A stretch of DNA of 64,000 nucleotides from an uncultured Actinomycetes bacterium (GCA_963704725.1 OY969934.1:1685138-1749137), one strand, 5' to 3'; counted from the first letter of the stretch, positions 1 through 11,200 are shown. Numbers and translations are program-made. The notes: generated by a model not told the origin, from the letters alone.

Positions 1-1623
1 CGGGGCCGAGGCCGTCGGGCGCCGGAGCCACGAGAACCCGTGGCCGGCCAGTCGCGCCACGAGAAGCGCGAACCCCGCGAGCAGCAGGAAGGGGAACGCG
101 ACGAGCGCGAGGCTCGGGCGGAGGACGTCGAGTCGCTCGTCCGCGACGAATGCGCCTCCCTCCCGCAGGCGCTGGAGTGCCACGAACGCGAGAGCGGCGA
201 TGCCGAGCTCCCAGGGGGCGAGCTCGACGACGCGGGCGAACCGCCGCCCGTGCGGATCGACCACGCGCAGGTAGGTTCGCGCCGCGACGATGGCGGTCAG
301 CACGATCGACCCGATGACGGCGATCGTGGTGGCGATCGCGGCGTCGGCGAAGACCGAGCGGTCGACGGGAGCGGGGGGCCCGAGCACGCCGACGGCCGCG
401 ACCGCCAGCCCGAACCCGACCACCCCGCCCACGATGCACGGCAAGGCCGACTCGAGAGCGGTCCTCGCGCCCACGCGCGCGGACGAGGATCCCCGGGTGA
501 ACCACCACGTGGCCTCGACCCGGCGAGCGCGGACGGAGAACGCCCCCGCGGCCGCCACGACGACGACGGCGACCGCGATCCCCGCCACCTCGAGCACGCG
601 CGCCGGCCCCTCGACGGCGACGATCCGCTTCTCGACGTCGTCGACGACGAGCCCGATCGAGGACGCGAAGGTCGTCGCGGTGACGTTGAAGCGGCGGAAG
701 AAGAAGCGACGGCAACAGGCGAAGGTGGTCCCGAGCTCTCCATCGGGATACGTGATCTGCTCGTGCACCCGGTCCTGATAGGCGTCGAGCGCCCGGGCCT
801 CCTCGAGGCTGATCGTCGTGACCGCGAGGGGCGCCTCCCATCGGACCAAGGCGGTCCTCTGGCCGAGGGCCTTCAGCAGACCGAGGACCTGAGCGCGGTC
901 GCCGAGGATCGGCTGCGGCGGCGGGCTGCACTCCAGGCATTGCAGCCGGAACTCCGTCCCCCACGGCTGCCAGTACCCCCCGGGTGGGGTCGCGTAGACG
1001 GCCCGGTAGACGCCGTCGACGCCCACGGACACTCCGACGCCGCTGTCCGGGTCGCGGAGACGGATCGTGTCCCCGGGCCCGACCCCGAGCTGGTCGGCGA
1101 TCAGGTCGGGGAGCCACACGCCGTCGCCATCGGTCCCCGCCAGCCGCTCGACCTCGTCGAGCGCGCCGGTCGCGCTGAACAGGCGCCCGTCCTGAGGCGG
1201 CGCGCCGGGAGCCTCGACGTCGAGCTCGTTGCTCATCACTCCCGCCACCGGGGGGCCCAGCACCGGGCTGCCCGCGGCGAGCATGCGGAACGCCTCCGTC
1301 GGCCCGTCGGGCGTCGGGGCCATCAGCCCGGGCTGGATCTGAACGGGGTGGAGCGGCAGGTCGCGGATCGTGTACGTGAGCCCCGCTCCGTAGCGGGTGA
1401 CGGTGGGCCGCTCCAGCCCGCTGCGGACCAGCTCGCTGGTGGTGGCCGACATGAACAGGGGGTACGCGGCCGCCGCGACGGCGAGCAGCAGCGAGCCGGC
1501 GGCGACGGCCAGGAGCAGCGCCGGATGTCGGAGCAGCAGGAACGGCGCCGCCCGCCGGAACACGCCGCCGCGGCCCGCGTCGGCGCGAACGGATCTCCGC
1601 TCCTGCGCGATCGGCCCGGCCAT
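1..1623 (-). CDS. ABC-transporter permease-like membrane protein (FtsX/MacB-type), partial; runs off the window start
   Basis: Minus-strand frame open from ATG at 1623-1621 to the window edge (unterminated, so absent from the ORF track). My translation begins [69 protein letters not shown]: an N-terminal TM helix followed by a large extracytoplasmic domain. The + ORF 40..1680 is its D/E/R-rich antisense shadow. Confidence 0.5.
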   Translation of the reverse strand, partial: MAGPIAQERRSVRADAGRGGVFRRAAPFLLLRHPALLLAVAAGSLLLAVAAAAYPLFMSATTSELVRSGLERPTVTRYGAGLTYTIRDLPLHPVQIQPGLMAPTPDGPTEAFRMLAAGSPVLGPPVAGVMSNELDVEAPGAPPQDGRLFSATGALDEVERLAGTDGDGVWLPDLIADQLGVGPGDTIRLRDPDSGVGVSVGVDGVYRAVYATPPGGYWQPWGTEFRLQCLECSPPPQPILGDRAQVLGLLKALGQRTALVRWEAPLAVTTISLEEARALDAYQDRVHEQITYPDGELGTTFACCRRFFFRRFNVTATTFASSIGLVVDDVEKRIVAVEGPARVLEVAGIAVAVVVVAAAGAFSVRARRVEATWWFTRGSSSARVGARTALESALPCIVGGVVGFGLAVAAVGVLGPPAPVDRSVFADAAIATTIAVIGSIVLTAIVAARTYLRVVDPHGRRFARVVELAPWELGIAALAFVALQRLREGGAFVADERLDVLRPSLALVAFPFLLLAGFALLVARLAGHGFSWLRRPTASAP

Positions 1624-1691
1624 CACCCGGAACCTACGTTGTGGCGGGGTCGTCCGGCTCCCCCGCTCGCGGTCGGATAGATTCGCGGGCG

Positions 1692-2267
1692 ATGCGCGTC
1701 TGCGTGTTCGCGGGATCCTCGCCCGGCATCCGGCACGAGTACGCGCGGGCGGCGACGGAGCTCGGGGCGCTCCTCGGCCGGCGTGGGATCGGCATGGTCT
1801 ACGGAGGAGGGCACATCGGCCTGATGGGCGCGGCCGCCGAGGCGGCGCTCGAGGCCGGGGGCGAGGTGATCGGGGTCATCCCCGAGGCCCTCATGGAACG
1901 GGAGATCGCCATGCTCGAGGTCACCGAGCTGCACGTCGTGGCCACGATGCACGAGCGCAAGGCGATGATGGGCGACCTCTCGGTCGCGTTCGCGGCGCTC
2001 CCGGGCGGTCTCGGCACGCTCGAGGAGCTGTTCGAGGTCTGGACGTGGAGCCAGCTCGGGCTGCACCGCAAGCCGCTCGGCCTGCTGAACGTGGACGGGT
2101 TCTACGACACGCTACTGGCACATCTGCAGCGAGCGAGCGCGGAGGGGTTCGTCCGGGCCGAGTACCTGAGCCTCCTCCGGGTCGAGACGACGCCGGAGGC
2201 GCTCCTGGACGCGCTGCTGACGCGCCCGCCCGAGGAGCCCGCGGTCCCGACCCGCGACCTGCGATGA
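1692..2267 (+). CDS. LOG family protein (cytokinin riboside 5'-monophosphate phosphoribohydrolase-like, TIGR00730 type)
   Basis: ORF 1641..2267; LOG hallmarks [11 protein letters not shown] and [10 protein letters not shown]. Start placed at internal Met ([10 protein letters not shown]) just after the upstream gene; 1641 is an alternative. Confidence 0.85.
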   Translation: MRVCVFAGSSPGIRHEYARAATELGALLGRRGIGMVYGGGHIGLMGAAAEAALEAGGEVIGVIPEALMEREIAMLEVTELHVVATMHERKAMMGDLSVAFAALPGGLGTLEELFEVWTWSQLGLHRKPLGLLNVDGFYDTLLAHLQRASAEGFVRAEYLSLLRVETTPEALLDALLTRPPEEPAVPTRDLR

Positions 2268-2334
2268 GCGGGGCGACGCCCCCAGGTCTGCGACGAGTCC
2301 GGTCGAGGCTCCGAGGGGCGGCGCGCGAGCTCGG

Positions 2335-2625
2335 CTATCGGTCGCGCTTGCCCATGCCGCGGCCGGAGCCACCGAGCAGGCCGAGATCCACGGCGACGCC
2401 GATCACGATCACGATGACGCCGGCGGCCTCCAGGCCGCCGTTCGGCGCCGTGAACTCGTTCTTCGCGATCGCATAGCCGATCGCGGTCGTGGGCAGGAAG
2501 AAGAACCCGAGCAATGCCCACCATCCGCTGGCGAACGCGCGCTCGAGGTAGTTCGTGAAGAGCCAGAGCAGCACCATGACGAACCGCGGCGTGACGAGCG
2601 AGAAGACGACCAGGAGGCAACCCAT
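2335..2625 (-). CDS. small hydrophobic membrane protein, function unknown
   Basis: ORF track 96 aa with two predicted TM stretches (LVVFSLVTPRFVMVLLWLF, GVIVIVIGVAVDLGLLG). Start uncertain; an internal Met at about 2577 is possible. Confidence 0.4.
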   Translation of the reverse strand: MGCLLVVFSLVTPRFVMVLLWLFTNYLERAFASGWWALLGFFFLPTTAIGYAIAKNEFTAPNGGLEAAGVIVIVIGVAVDLGLLGGSGRGMGKRDR

Positions 2626-2706
2626 GGTCGGATGCTATCCCGGCGCCGTTCGCTCACGTCGAGGGCTTGCGCCCACTCGAACGTATGTTCTATCCTCATC
2701 GCTTCG

Positions 2707-4713
2707 ATGGCCGACCAACTCTTCGAGATCGCCCGGCGCACGTTCGACACCCCCGAGTTCCGGGGGATGGAGTTCATCGAGACCGATTGCAGGACCATCA
2801 TCAACCGCGTCCCCGGCTCGTACCTCCCGTTCAACTGGACGATCAACCCGTACCGGGGATGCTCGCATGCGTGTAGTTACTGCACGTCCGGCGATACCCC
2901 GGTCCTGATGGCCGATGGCCGGACGAGGCCCATCGCGAAGGTCGAGGTGGGGGATCGGATCTACGGGACCGTGCGCCGGGGTCGGTACCGGAGGTACGTC
3001 ACGACGCCGGTACTCGCCCATTGGTCCACGGTGAAGCCCGCCTATCGGGTCACACTCGAGGACGGCACCGAGCTGATCGCGAGCGGCGACCACCGGTTCC
3101 TCACGGAGCGAGGATGGAAGCACGTCACCGGGAAGGGTTCGGGCCGCGAGTGCCGGCCCTTCCTGACCACGAACAACGAGCTCCTGGGCGTCGGCGGCTT
3201 CGCCGTAGCGCCTGCTGAGGATGACGACTATCGGCGCGGCTACCTCACGGGCATGATCCGTGGCGACGGACAGATCGGCTCGTACGCGTACCCGGCAAGG
3301 AACGGACGGTCCCGAGCAGTGCATCGATTCCGGCTCGCTCTCGTGGACGGCGAGGGGCTCGATCGGGCGCGCATCTATCTGTCCCGGGAGGGAGTCGAGA
3401 CGACGCCGTTTCAGTTCCAGCAAGCGACCGGGCGGCATCGGCGGATGGGCGCTATCCGATCGCAGCGTCGGGCCGACGTCGAGCGGATCCGCGAGGTCAT
3501 CGCCTGGCCGGCCCGATCCACGAACGCTTGGCGGAAGGGGTTCCTCGCCGGCGTCTTCGACGCCGAGGGGAGTTTCAGTGGCACCCTCCGCATCGCGAAT
3601 TGCGACCCGCAGATCCTCGGCACGACGACTGCGTGTCTGGACGCGCTCGGCTTCTCGCATCGGTTGGAGACGACCATCGACCGCAAGGGGCTGGCCTACG
3701 TCCGGCTCCTCGGCGGTCTCCGAGAGGTCCTCCGCTTCTTCCACACGGTCGATCCCGCCATCACGAGGAAGCGAGACATCGCGGGGATCGCGATCAAGAG
3801 CGATGCGCCACTCCGGCTCGTCTCGGTCGAGCCGCTCGATCTCGACCTCCCCTTGTACGACATCACCACCGGGACCGGGGACTTCATCGCGGACGGCGTG
3901 GTGAGCCACAACTGCTTCGCGCGGCCCACGCACACGTTCCTCGACATGAACGCCGGGAGCGACTTCGAGCGCAAGATCGTGGTGAAGGTCAACGCGCCCG
4001 ACGTGCTGCGCCGGCAGCTCGCCGCCAAGCGCTGGAAGGGCGAGGGCATCGCCATGGGGACCAACACCGACCCGTACCAGCGGGCCGAGGGGCGCTACCG
4101 GTTGATGCCGCGGATCGTGGAGGCCCTCGCGGACTTCCGGAACCCGTTCTCGATCCTGACCAAGGGCACGCTGATCCTGCGCGATCTCGACCTGCTCGTC
4201 GACGCGGCGCGGGTGGCCGACGTCGCCACCGCCTTCTCCATCGGCACGCTGGACGAGGACGTGTGGCGGCGGACGGAGCCCGGCACGCCGCACCCGCGCA
4301 AGCGGATCGAGGCCGTCGCGGCTCTCAACGCCGCCGGGATCCCGTGCGGGGTCCTCATGGCGCCGATCCTGCCGGGGATCAGCGATCACCCCCGTCAGCT
4401 CCGGGAGGTCGCCCGGGCGGCGATCGACGCAGGCGCGACCCACGTCTCCCCGATCCTCCTGCACCTGCGGCCGGGTGTCCGCGAGGAGTTCATGCCCTGG
4501 CTGGCCGAGCACTACCCGGATCTCGTGGAGCGATACGAGGCGATGTACCGGACGCCGTACGCGTCGCCGGCGGATCGCAAGCGGGTCGGATCGACCGTCG
4601 GGAGCATCGTCCGGTCGCTCGGAGGCACCCGGCGGGAGCGGGCGGCTCCGCATCGGTGGTCCGGCCGGGGAGACGGCGGCGGCGGGTCCGGGGAGCAGCT
4701 CAGCCTCGTCTGA
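2707..4713 (+). CDS. radical SAM protein of the SplB / Rv2578c-like family (COG1533), interrupted by an in-frame intein
   Basis: ORF 2632..4713. N-extein ends RGCSHACSY and C-extein resumes CFARPTHTFLDMN, reconstituting the family CxxxCxYCFAR Fe-S motif. Start taken at MADQLFEIARR (2707); 2632 is the alternative. Confidence 0.85.
   Translation: MADQLFEIARRTFDTPEFRGMEFIETDCRTIINRVPGSYLPFNWTINPYRGCSHACSYCTSGDTPVLMADGRTRPIAKVEVGDRIYGTVRRGRYRRYVTTPVLAHWSTVKPAYRVTLEDGTELIASGDHRFLTERGWKHVTGKGSGRECRPFLTTNNELLGVGGFAVAPAEDDDYRRGYLTGMIRGDGQIGSYAYPARNGRSRAVHRFRLALVDGEGLDRARIYLSREGVETTPFQFQQATGRHRRMGAIRSQRRADVERIREVIAWPARSTNAWRKGFLAGVFDAEGSFSGTLRIANCDPQILGTTTACLDALGFSHRLETTIDRKGLAYVRLLGGLREVLRFFHTVDPAITRKRDIAGIAIKSDAPLRLVSVEPLDLDLPLYDITTGTGDFIADGVVSHNCFARPTHTFLDMNAGSDFERKIVVKVNAPDVLRRQLAAKRWKGEGIAMGTNTDPYQRAEGRYRLMPRIVEALADFRNPFSILTKGTLILRDLDLLVDAARVADVATAFSIGTLDEDVWRRTEPGTPHPRKRIEAVAALNAAGIPCGVLMAPILPGISDHPRQLREVARAAIDAGATHVSPILLHLRPGVREEFMPWLAEHYPDLVERYEAMYRTPYASPADRKRVGSTVGSIVRSLGGTRRERAAPHRWSGRGDGGGGSGEQLSLV
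2881..3912 (+). mobile_element. intein (344 aa) with LAGLIDADG-type homing endonuclease domain
   Basis: Block A CTSGDTPVLMADG at the N-terminal splice junction; block B-like SGDH; two LAGLIDADG-like motifs (GYLTGMIRGDG, KGFLAGVFDAEGSF); C-terminal DFIADGVVSHN followed by +1 Cys. Coordinates from ORF arithmetic (aa 84-427 of the 2632 ORF). Confidence 0.85.
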
Positions 4714-4742
4714 CGCGGGACATCGGCTACCCTTCCGCACCG

Positions 4743-5453
4743 ATGCTTGGCATGGACCGGATCCTCGAGCTGCAGGAGCTCGATACCTCGATCGGCCGGC
4801 TGACGCACCGGCGCGAGCTGCTCGAGGCGGGGGAGGAGCTGTCCGCCGTCCGCACGGAGGCGGAAGAGGCCGAGTCGCGCCTCGGGGAGATCCGGCTGGC
4901 GCTCGACGCCGTCGCCCGCGAGTCCACGCGCCTGGAACACGAGATCGAGACGGTCGGCGCCAAGGCCGCGGCCGAGGAAAAGCGCATGTACGACGGCAGC
5001 ATCGCGAACGCCAAGGAGCTCGAAGCCCTCCAGCACGAGATCCAGAGCCTCAAGGAGCGGCGTGGCCGGGCCGAGGACGAGCTCCTCGACCGGATGGTGA
5101 CTCGCGAGGACCTCGAGGCCAGGGCCGTGACGGCTGACGCCGAGCTCACCGCGATCCGCGAGCGGATGCAGGCGGTCGGCGGCGACGCGGTGCGCGAGCT
5201 CGAGGAGATCGAGGCCGGCTTGGCGGAGCAGCGGTCGGCTCGCGGCACGCTGGCCGCCGAGCTCGACGAGGAGCTCCTCGAGCTGTACGAGGACCTCCGG
5301 CGTCAGAAGAAAGGTGTCGGGGCCGCGGCGATCGTCGACGGCGTCTGCCAGGCGTGCCACGAGAAGCTGTCCGCGGTCGAGCTCGACAAGCTGAAGCACA
5401 CCGACGGCGTCAAGAGGTGTGAGTACTGCCGGCGGATCGTCGTCTTCGCGTGA
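4743..5453 (+). CDS. zinc-ribbon domain protein (COG1579-like coiled-coil with C-terminal CxxC...CxxC)
   Basis: C-terminal in-frame part of track ORF 3528..5453, starting MLGMDRILELQ; long coiled-coil then VCQACHEKL...RCEYCRRIVV. The upstream 400 aa of that track ORF is shadow. Confidence 0.8.
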   Translation: MLGMDRILELQELDTSIGRLTHRRELLEAGEELSAVRTEAEEAESRLGEIRLALDAVARESTRLEHEIETVGAKAAAEEKRMYDGSIANAKELEALQHEIQSLKERRGRAEDELLDRMVTREDLEARAVTADAELTAIRERMQAVGGDAVRELEEIEAGLAEQRSARGTLAAELDEELLELYEDLRRQKKGVGAAAIVDGVCQACHEKLSAVELDKLKHTDGVKRCEYCRRIVVFA

Positions 5454-5917
5454 TCGTCGCGACCGACGGGGCCGCGCGCGGCAACCCGGGGCCCGCCGGG
5501 ATCGGCGCCGTCGTCACCGGTGAGGACGGGGAGGTCCTGGCGGAGATCGCGGAGGGCATCGGGGTGGCCACGAACAACGTGGCCGAGTACACGGCGGTGA
5601 TCCGGGGGCTGGAGCGCGCGCGCGAGCTCGGGGCGTCGCAGGTGCTGGTCCGCTCGGACAGCCGGCTGATCGTGGAGCAGCTCTCGGGCCGCTTCAAGGT
5701 GAAGAACCCCACGCTGCAGCGGCTGCACACGCAGGCTCGGTCGCTCGCCGCCGGGTTCGATCGGATCCGGTTCGAGCACGTCCCGCGGGAGCGGAACACC
5801 GACGCGGACCGGCTGGCGAACGCCGGTGTCGACGCCTGGCTCGCCGGCGAGGGCGCGACGTGGTCCCGCCCGGCGCCCCCGTCTCGCCTGTGGGGGGGCG
5901 ACGACGAGGGCCGCTGA
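5450..5917 (+). CDS. rnhA: ribonuclease H (RNase HI family)
   Basis: MIVATDGAARGNPGPAGIGAVV... with NNVAEYTAVIRGLE and C-terminal NTDADRLAN; GTG start overlaps the upstream stop (GTGA). Confidence 0.85.
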   Translation: MIVATDGAARGNPGPAGIGAVVTGEDGEVLAEIAEGIGVATNNVAEYTAVIRGLERARELGASQVLVRSDSRLIVEQLSGRFKVKNPTLQRLHTQARSLAAGFDRIRFEHVPRERNTDADRLANAGVDAWLAGEGATWSRPAPPSRLWGGDDEGR

Positions 5918-5940
5918 CCGGCGAGCCTATACTCGGACGC

Positions 5941-6340
5941 GGAGGAGTCGGCCGGGCGGCCGCGGGCGGAAACGCTCGAGGAAAGTCCGGGCTCCGAAGG
6001 GCAGGGTGCTGGGTAACGCCCAGGCGGGGCGACCCGCGGAAAGCGCCACAGAGAACAGACCGCCGCGCGAGCGGTGAGGGTGAAACGGTGAGGTAAGAGC
6101 TCACCAGCGGACCGGGTGACCGGCCCGGCTCGGCAAGCCCCACCCGGAGCAAGGCCAAGCAGGGAGCGGTCGTCGGGCTCCGGCAGCGATGCCGCCCCGG
6201 CGAGAAGGACGGCCCGTCCGTGCTCCCGGGTCGGCCGCACGAGGGCGTCGGCCCCGGGGTCTCGTAAGGGACCCAGAGAGATGGTCGCCGGGCGGTCGCG
6301 AGACCGCCGCACAGAACCCGGCTTACAGGCCGGCTCCTCC
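5941..6340 (+). ncRNA. rnpB: RNase P RNA, bacterial type A
   Basis: Universal P4 strands present: GAGGAAAGTCCGGGCTCC near the 5' end and ACAGAACCCGGCTTA near the 3' end; also GGTAACGCC, AGGGTGAAA, GGTAAGAGC, CACCCGGAGCAAGGCCAA. P1 pairs GGAGGAGTCGGCC (5941-) with GGCCGGCTCCTCC (-6340). Ends are +/- a few nt. Confidence 0.9.
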
Positions 6341-6348
6341 ACCTCGCG

Positions 6349-7248
6349 TCACGAGGCGGCCAGGATCTGCCAGCTCGGCGTGAACTCCTTGCCCTCGTCG
6401 CCCGTCAGCACGAGCTCCCCGGTCGCGTCGGCGTCGGCGGTGCACACGTTCATCGTCCGGTCGCGGATGCAGGTCCAGGCGATCCGCGTCCCGTCGGGCG
6501 ACCAGACGGGGAAGACGTCGAGCCGCTCGTTGACCGTGAGCCGGGTCGGGCCGGAGCCGTCGGCGGCCATGACGAACAGCTCGTACTGGCGGTGGCCGCG
6601 AGTGCTGGCGAACAGGATCCGGGTCCCGTCGGGCGACCAGTCCGGATGCACGTCGGAAGCGCGGGACTCGGTGAGCCGCGTCAACACTCCGGTCGTCAGG
6701 TCCTTCACGTAGATGTCGAGGCTCCCGGCGCGGTCGGACATGAACAGCAGCTTCGTCCCGTCGGGTGAGTAGCTCCCGGACAGGTCGTCGCCCCGACGGT
6801 TCGTGAGGCGCTGCTCCACCCCGGTGACGACGTCGACGGTGTAGAGCTCGAAGTTCCCGTCCCGAAGGCTCGCGAGCACGATCGAGCCGCCGTCGGGGGC
6901 CCACGATTCCGGGAAGTCGGGGGCGTCGTTGAACGTGAGCTGCCGTACGTCGGAGCCGTCCGCGTTCATCAGGAACGCCTCGGGGTCTCCGTCGCGCAAG
7001 CTGGTGAAGGCGATGCGCGTCCCGTCGGGCGAGAAGCGGGCCTGGAAGTCGTCCGCCGGATCGTTCGTGAGCTGCGTCGGCTCCCCGCCGTCGGGGTCGA
7101 TCGTGTACACGTCGAAGTCCCCGTCGGCGTTCGAGTCGAACGCGATGAGGCCGTTCGCCCCCGGGAACGTCGCCGACGCGGGGGTCGTCATCCCCGCCAA
7201 GAGACCGAGCACGAGGCCGGCGCGCGCCGGCCACCGGAACCACGCCAT
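6349..7248 (-). CDS. secreted TolB-like beta-propeller protein (PD40 / WD40-like repeats)
   Basis: C-terminal 299 aa of track ORF 6349..8178, starting MAWFRWPARAGLVLGLLAGMTTPASA (signal peptide); repeated FSPDGTRIAF / YSPDGTKLLF / WSPDGTRILF units. The upstream 300 aa is Arg/Gly-rich shadow. Confidence 0.8.
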   Translation of the reverse strand: MAWFRWPARAGLVLGLLAGMTTPASATFPGANGLIAFDSNADGDFDVYTIDPDGGEPTQLTNDPADDFQARFSPDGTRIAFTSLRDGDPEAFLMNADGSDVRQLTFNDAPDFPESWAPDGGSIVLASLRDGNFELYTVDVVTGVEQRLTNRRGDDLSGSYSPDGTKLLFMSDRAGSLDIYVKDLTTGVLTRLTESRASDVHPDWSPDGTRILFASTRGHRQYELFVMAADGSGPTRLTVNERLDVFPVWSPDGTRIAWTCIRDRTMNVCTADADATGELVLTGDEGKEFTPSWQILAAS

Positions 7249-7316
7249 GAGAGCCCCCCTCCGCGGTCGGGGCCATCGTAGGCGCTCGCGGGGCCGGTGC
7301 GAAGCAGGAAGCCGGA

Positions 7317-8273
7317 TCAGCGGGCGAGGGCGGCGCCGGACTCGAGCGCCCGGCGGAGCTGCTTGCCGGCGTGATAGCTCGAGCGGACGAGCGGCCCCGC
7401 CTCGACGTGGGCGATCCCGAGCGACTCGCCGAGGCGCTTCCACTGCGCGAACTCGTCCGGGGCAACCCACCGGTCGACCGGGAGGTGGAAGGGCGTCGGC
7501 TGGAGGTACTGCCCCATCGTGAGGATCTCGGCACCCGAGCTCGCCACATCCTGGAGCGCCTGCGGGATCTCCTCCGGACGCTCGCCCATGCCGAGGATGA
7601 GGTTCGACTTGGTGACCTGACCGGCACGCAGGCGCTTCGCCGTCCGCAAGACGTCGAGCGTGCGGTCGTAGCCGAACGCCGGGCGGATCCGCTCGTGGAG
7701 GCGCCGAACCGTCTCCAGGTTGTGGGCGAACACGTCGGGCTCGGCCTCGACGACGGTGGCGATGTCGCGCTCGCCCCCCTTGAAGTCGGTGGGCAGCACC
7801 TCGACGCCGCATCCCGGGACGGCCTCGCGCACGGCGCGGATCGTGGCCGCCCAGATCCGGGCGCCGCCGTCCTCCAGGTCGTCGCGGGCGACCCCGGTCA
7901 CGACCACGAACCGCAGGCCCATGTCGCGAACGGCCTCGGCGACGCGGCGAGGCTCGTCCTCGTCCACGGGGTCGGGCTTGGCGGTCATGACGTCGCAGAA
8001 GCCGCACCGCCTCGTGCATCGGTCGCCGAGGATCAGGAACGTCGCCTCGCGCTCCTCCCAGCACTCGCCGATGTTTGGGCACATCGCCTCCTCGCACACG
8101 GTGTGCAGGGAGCGCCCACGCATGATGCCCTTGAGCTCCGAGTAGTTCGGCCCGGTCTGCAGCTTCACCTTGAGCCACGGAGGCTTGCGATCGCCGTGGG
8201 GCGGTGCGCCGGCCGTCGAGACGATCGGCAGGTGGAGGCGGCGACGATGCGGGTTGTGGTCCCGGTCGGACAT
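7317..8273 (-). CDS. lipA: lipoyl synthase
   Basis: 318 aa; N-terminal Cys cluster [12 protein letters not shown] and radical SAM motif CTRRCGFC. Confidence 0.95.
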   Translation of the reverse strand: MSDRDHNPHRRRLHLPIVSTAGAPPHGDRKPPWLKVKLQTGPNYSELKGIMRGRSLHTVCEEAMCPNIGECWEEREATFLILGDRCTRRCGFCDVMTAKPDPVDEDEPRRVAEAVRDMGLRFVVVTGVARDDLEDGGARIWAATIRAVREAVPGCGVEVLPTDFKGGERDIATVVEAEPDVFAHNLETVRRLHERIRPAFGYDRTLDVLRTAKRLRAGQVTKSNLILGMGERPEEIPQALQDVASSGAEILTMGQYLQPTPFHLPVDRWVAPDEFAQWKRLGESLGIAHVEAGPLVRSSYHAGKQLRRALESGAALAR

Positions 8274-8283
8274 CCCGGGAAGT

Positions 8284-11200
8284 CTAGCCCGACCTCACCC
8301 CATCGACGGCCGGGCGGCCGCGTGCGAACGCTCGACGAGCGGATCCGCCGGTGTCCTCGGGGGGCTGACCGGGCAGGAACACGCGGAACGAGGCTCCCCC
8401 TCCCTCCCGCTCCTCGACCCAGGCGCGGCCGCCGTGCAGATCCGTGAACATCGCGACGAGCGAGAGCCCGATCCCCGTCCCGGGGGCATGGGGGGAGGCC
8501 GTCGGGCCCTGGCGGAAGGGTTCGAAGATCGCGGACTGCAGCTCCTCGGGCACACCGGGACCGTCGTCCTCGACGGCCAGGAACGCCCCGCCGCCACCGG
8601 CCCACACGCGGACGAAGATCGTGACGTCCGGACCCGTGTGCCGAACGGCGTTCATGACGAGGTTCTCCACGATCCGCTCCACCTTGGGTCCGTCCACGGG
8701 GACGACGACGGGCTCGGCCTCGACGGACACGAACCGGTCTCCGAGCTCCAGGGAGTCGACGGCCCCTCGGACGAGCGCGCCCACGTCGGTCGGCCGGAGC
8801 TGTGGCGTCACGTTCCCGCGCGAGAGTCGGTCGATGTCGAGCAGATCCTTCAGCAGCCGGTCGAGCTTGCGGGCGTTCTGCGCCACGCGCCGGGTGAGGT
8901 CGCGGCGATCCTCGGCGGAGAGCTGCTGCTGCTCGAGCGTGAGCGAGAGGCCGAGGATCGACGTCAGCGGACTGCGGAGCTCGTGTGAGACGGCGGCCAG
9001 GAACGTGTTCTTCATCTCGTCCAGGGCGCGAAGGCCCTCGGCGGCTTCGCGCTCGCGCCGCTCGCTGTCGCGGAGGGTCTGCTCCGCGAGCTTCCGCTCG
9101 GTGATGTCGAACATCACGCCCTGGACGAACAGCGGCGTGCCGTCCTCGTCGAGGACGAACGCGGTCTCGTCGTGCACCCAGGCCTCCCGGCCGTCCGGCG
9201 TCACGATGCGGTATTCGCCCTGCCACGACCGGCCCGCCTCGGCCGCCTCGAGGTAGCTCCGGCGCATCTCGTCGCGGAACTCGGGGGTCATCAGGTCGAG
9301 CCACAGGGCGGGCTCGTCGATGAAGCGCTGGGACGGCACGCCCATGATCTGCTGGATCTGCGGGCTCACGTAGACGGTCTTCATGGACTGGTCGGGGCGA
9401 TCGACGTAGATCGCCGCGGGAACGTGCTCGACGATTGCCCGGTAGCGCGCCTCGGTCTCGCGAAGCTGCTCCTCGGCCTGCCGTCGCTCGGTGATGTCGA
9501 GCATCACCCCCTGCGAGAACAGGATGTTGCCCTCGGCATCGCGCACCACCGTCGCGTGGTCCGTGACCCACATCCAGCGTCCGTCCTTGGCCCGGAAGCG
9601 GTACTCGAGCACGAACGGGTCGCCGTCGCGGCCGTGCCGCTCGGCGGCGGCGAGCACCCGTTCGCGATCGTCGGGGTGGATGCCGTCGATCCACAGGTCG
9701 GGATCCGACGTCCACTCCCGCGGCATGTAGCCGAACAGGGCCTCGATCTGCGGGCTCACGTACATCTTCGTGTGCCGCTCGTCGACCGCGTCGACGTAGG
9801 TGACGGCCGGCATGCTCTCGACGAGCGAGCGGTACCGCTCCTCGGCCTCACGCAGGTGGTGCTCGGCCGTCTTCTGCGGCGTGATGTCGAACCGGATGCC
9901 CTGCCAGTACAGGGGGTTGCCGCCGTCGTCGCAGATCAGGGCGGCCTCGTCGTGGACCCAGATCCACCGGCCGTCCCTGTGACGCTGCCGGTACTCGACG
10001 ACGAACGGCTCGCCCGTGCGCTCGGCCCGCTCGTCGGCCTCCATGGCCCGGGCTCGATCGTCCTGATGGAGGGTCTGGAGCCAGCGCTCGTAGTCGGACT
10101 CGCCCCACTCCTGGACCGTGTAGCCGGTCAGCCGTTCGAGCTGCGGGCTCATGTATGTGAGCGGCGCGCCGGGACCGAGACCTTGGATGTAGGTCACGGC
10201 GGGGATCGTCTCGACGAGCTTGCGGTATCGGAGCTCGGCCTGGGTCCGAAGGGTCTCGGCCCGGGCCCGTCCGATGGCCGCCCCCAGGGTGTCGGCGGCG
10301 GCCTTCAGGGCGTCGACCTCCGGAGCCGGCCACTCGCGCTCGGTCTCGCAGTCGTCCAGCGCCAGGAACCCCCACCACTCGTCGCCCAGGAAGACCGGCA
10401 CGAGGACGCGCGAGCGGACGCCGTCGTGCAGGGGCCCCGTCCGTTCCGCCGCGGGGAAGTCGCGGGTCCGACCCTGGAGCGTCCGTCCCGAGGAGAGGGC
10501 GGCCTGCCACCGGACGTGACCCTTGGCGTAGGGCGACGGCTCCTCGGCCTGCGGGAGCGGCAGGACGCCGTCGGCGACCCACTGGTGGCGCAGGCGCATC
10601 CCGACCTCGCCGCCCTCGAGGGTCTCGTTCTCGAACAGCGAGACCCGCCCGGACGCCGAAGCGCGACCGAGCCGTTCCAGGACCTCGGGCAGCACCGGCT
10701 GCCATTCATGGGCCTTGAGCAGTCGCTCGGCCGCGAACCCGGCCGCCTCGAGGACGGCGTCGCGCCGCGACAGCATCTCCTCGGCGATCTTGGCCTGCGT
10801 GACGTCGATGAGGACCCCCTGCCAGCGGTTGGGCGAACCGTCCTCGTGCCGCAGCAGGACGGCCTCGTCGCGGACCCAGACGACCCGGCCGTCCCGGCCC
10901 AGGAAGCGGTACTCGACCGAGAACGGATCGCCGGTGTCGTTCGTCCGCCGCGACTCCTCGAGCACCCGCTCCCGGTCGTCGGGGTGCAGGTGGTCGATCC
11001 AGAACCTGGGATCGGCCGTCCTGGCTTCTGGCGGGTAGCCGAACATCTGCTCGTACTGCGGGCTGACGTAGATCGCCGTGCTCGTGTCGTCGACGGCGTC
11101 CTGGTACACGACGACGGGGAGCTGCTCGACGAGCGTCCGGTAGGTCTCCTCGGCCTCTCGAAGGCGAAGCTCGGCCTCCTTGCGCGCCGTGACGTCGATG

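Noticed and set aside
40-1680. 546-aa plus-strand ORF at the window start
   Set aside because: Asp/Glu/Arg/Gly-rich low-complexity translation with no motifs; it is the antisense shadow of the minus-strand permease-like gene, which reads cleanly from the ATG at 1623.
3528-4742. N-terminal 400 aa of the 641-aa track ORF 3528..5453
   Set aside because: Arg/Gly/Pro-rich shadow running out of frame across the radical SAM gene and its intein; only the last 237 aa (from 4743) form a credible Zn-ribbon protein.
6116-6712. ORFs overlapping the rnpB region (6116..6712 +, 6189..6383 +)
   Set aside because: They lie on top of a highly conserved structured RNA and have low-complexity translations.
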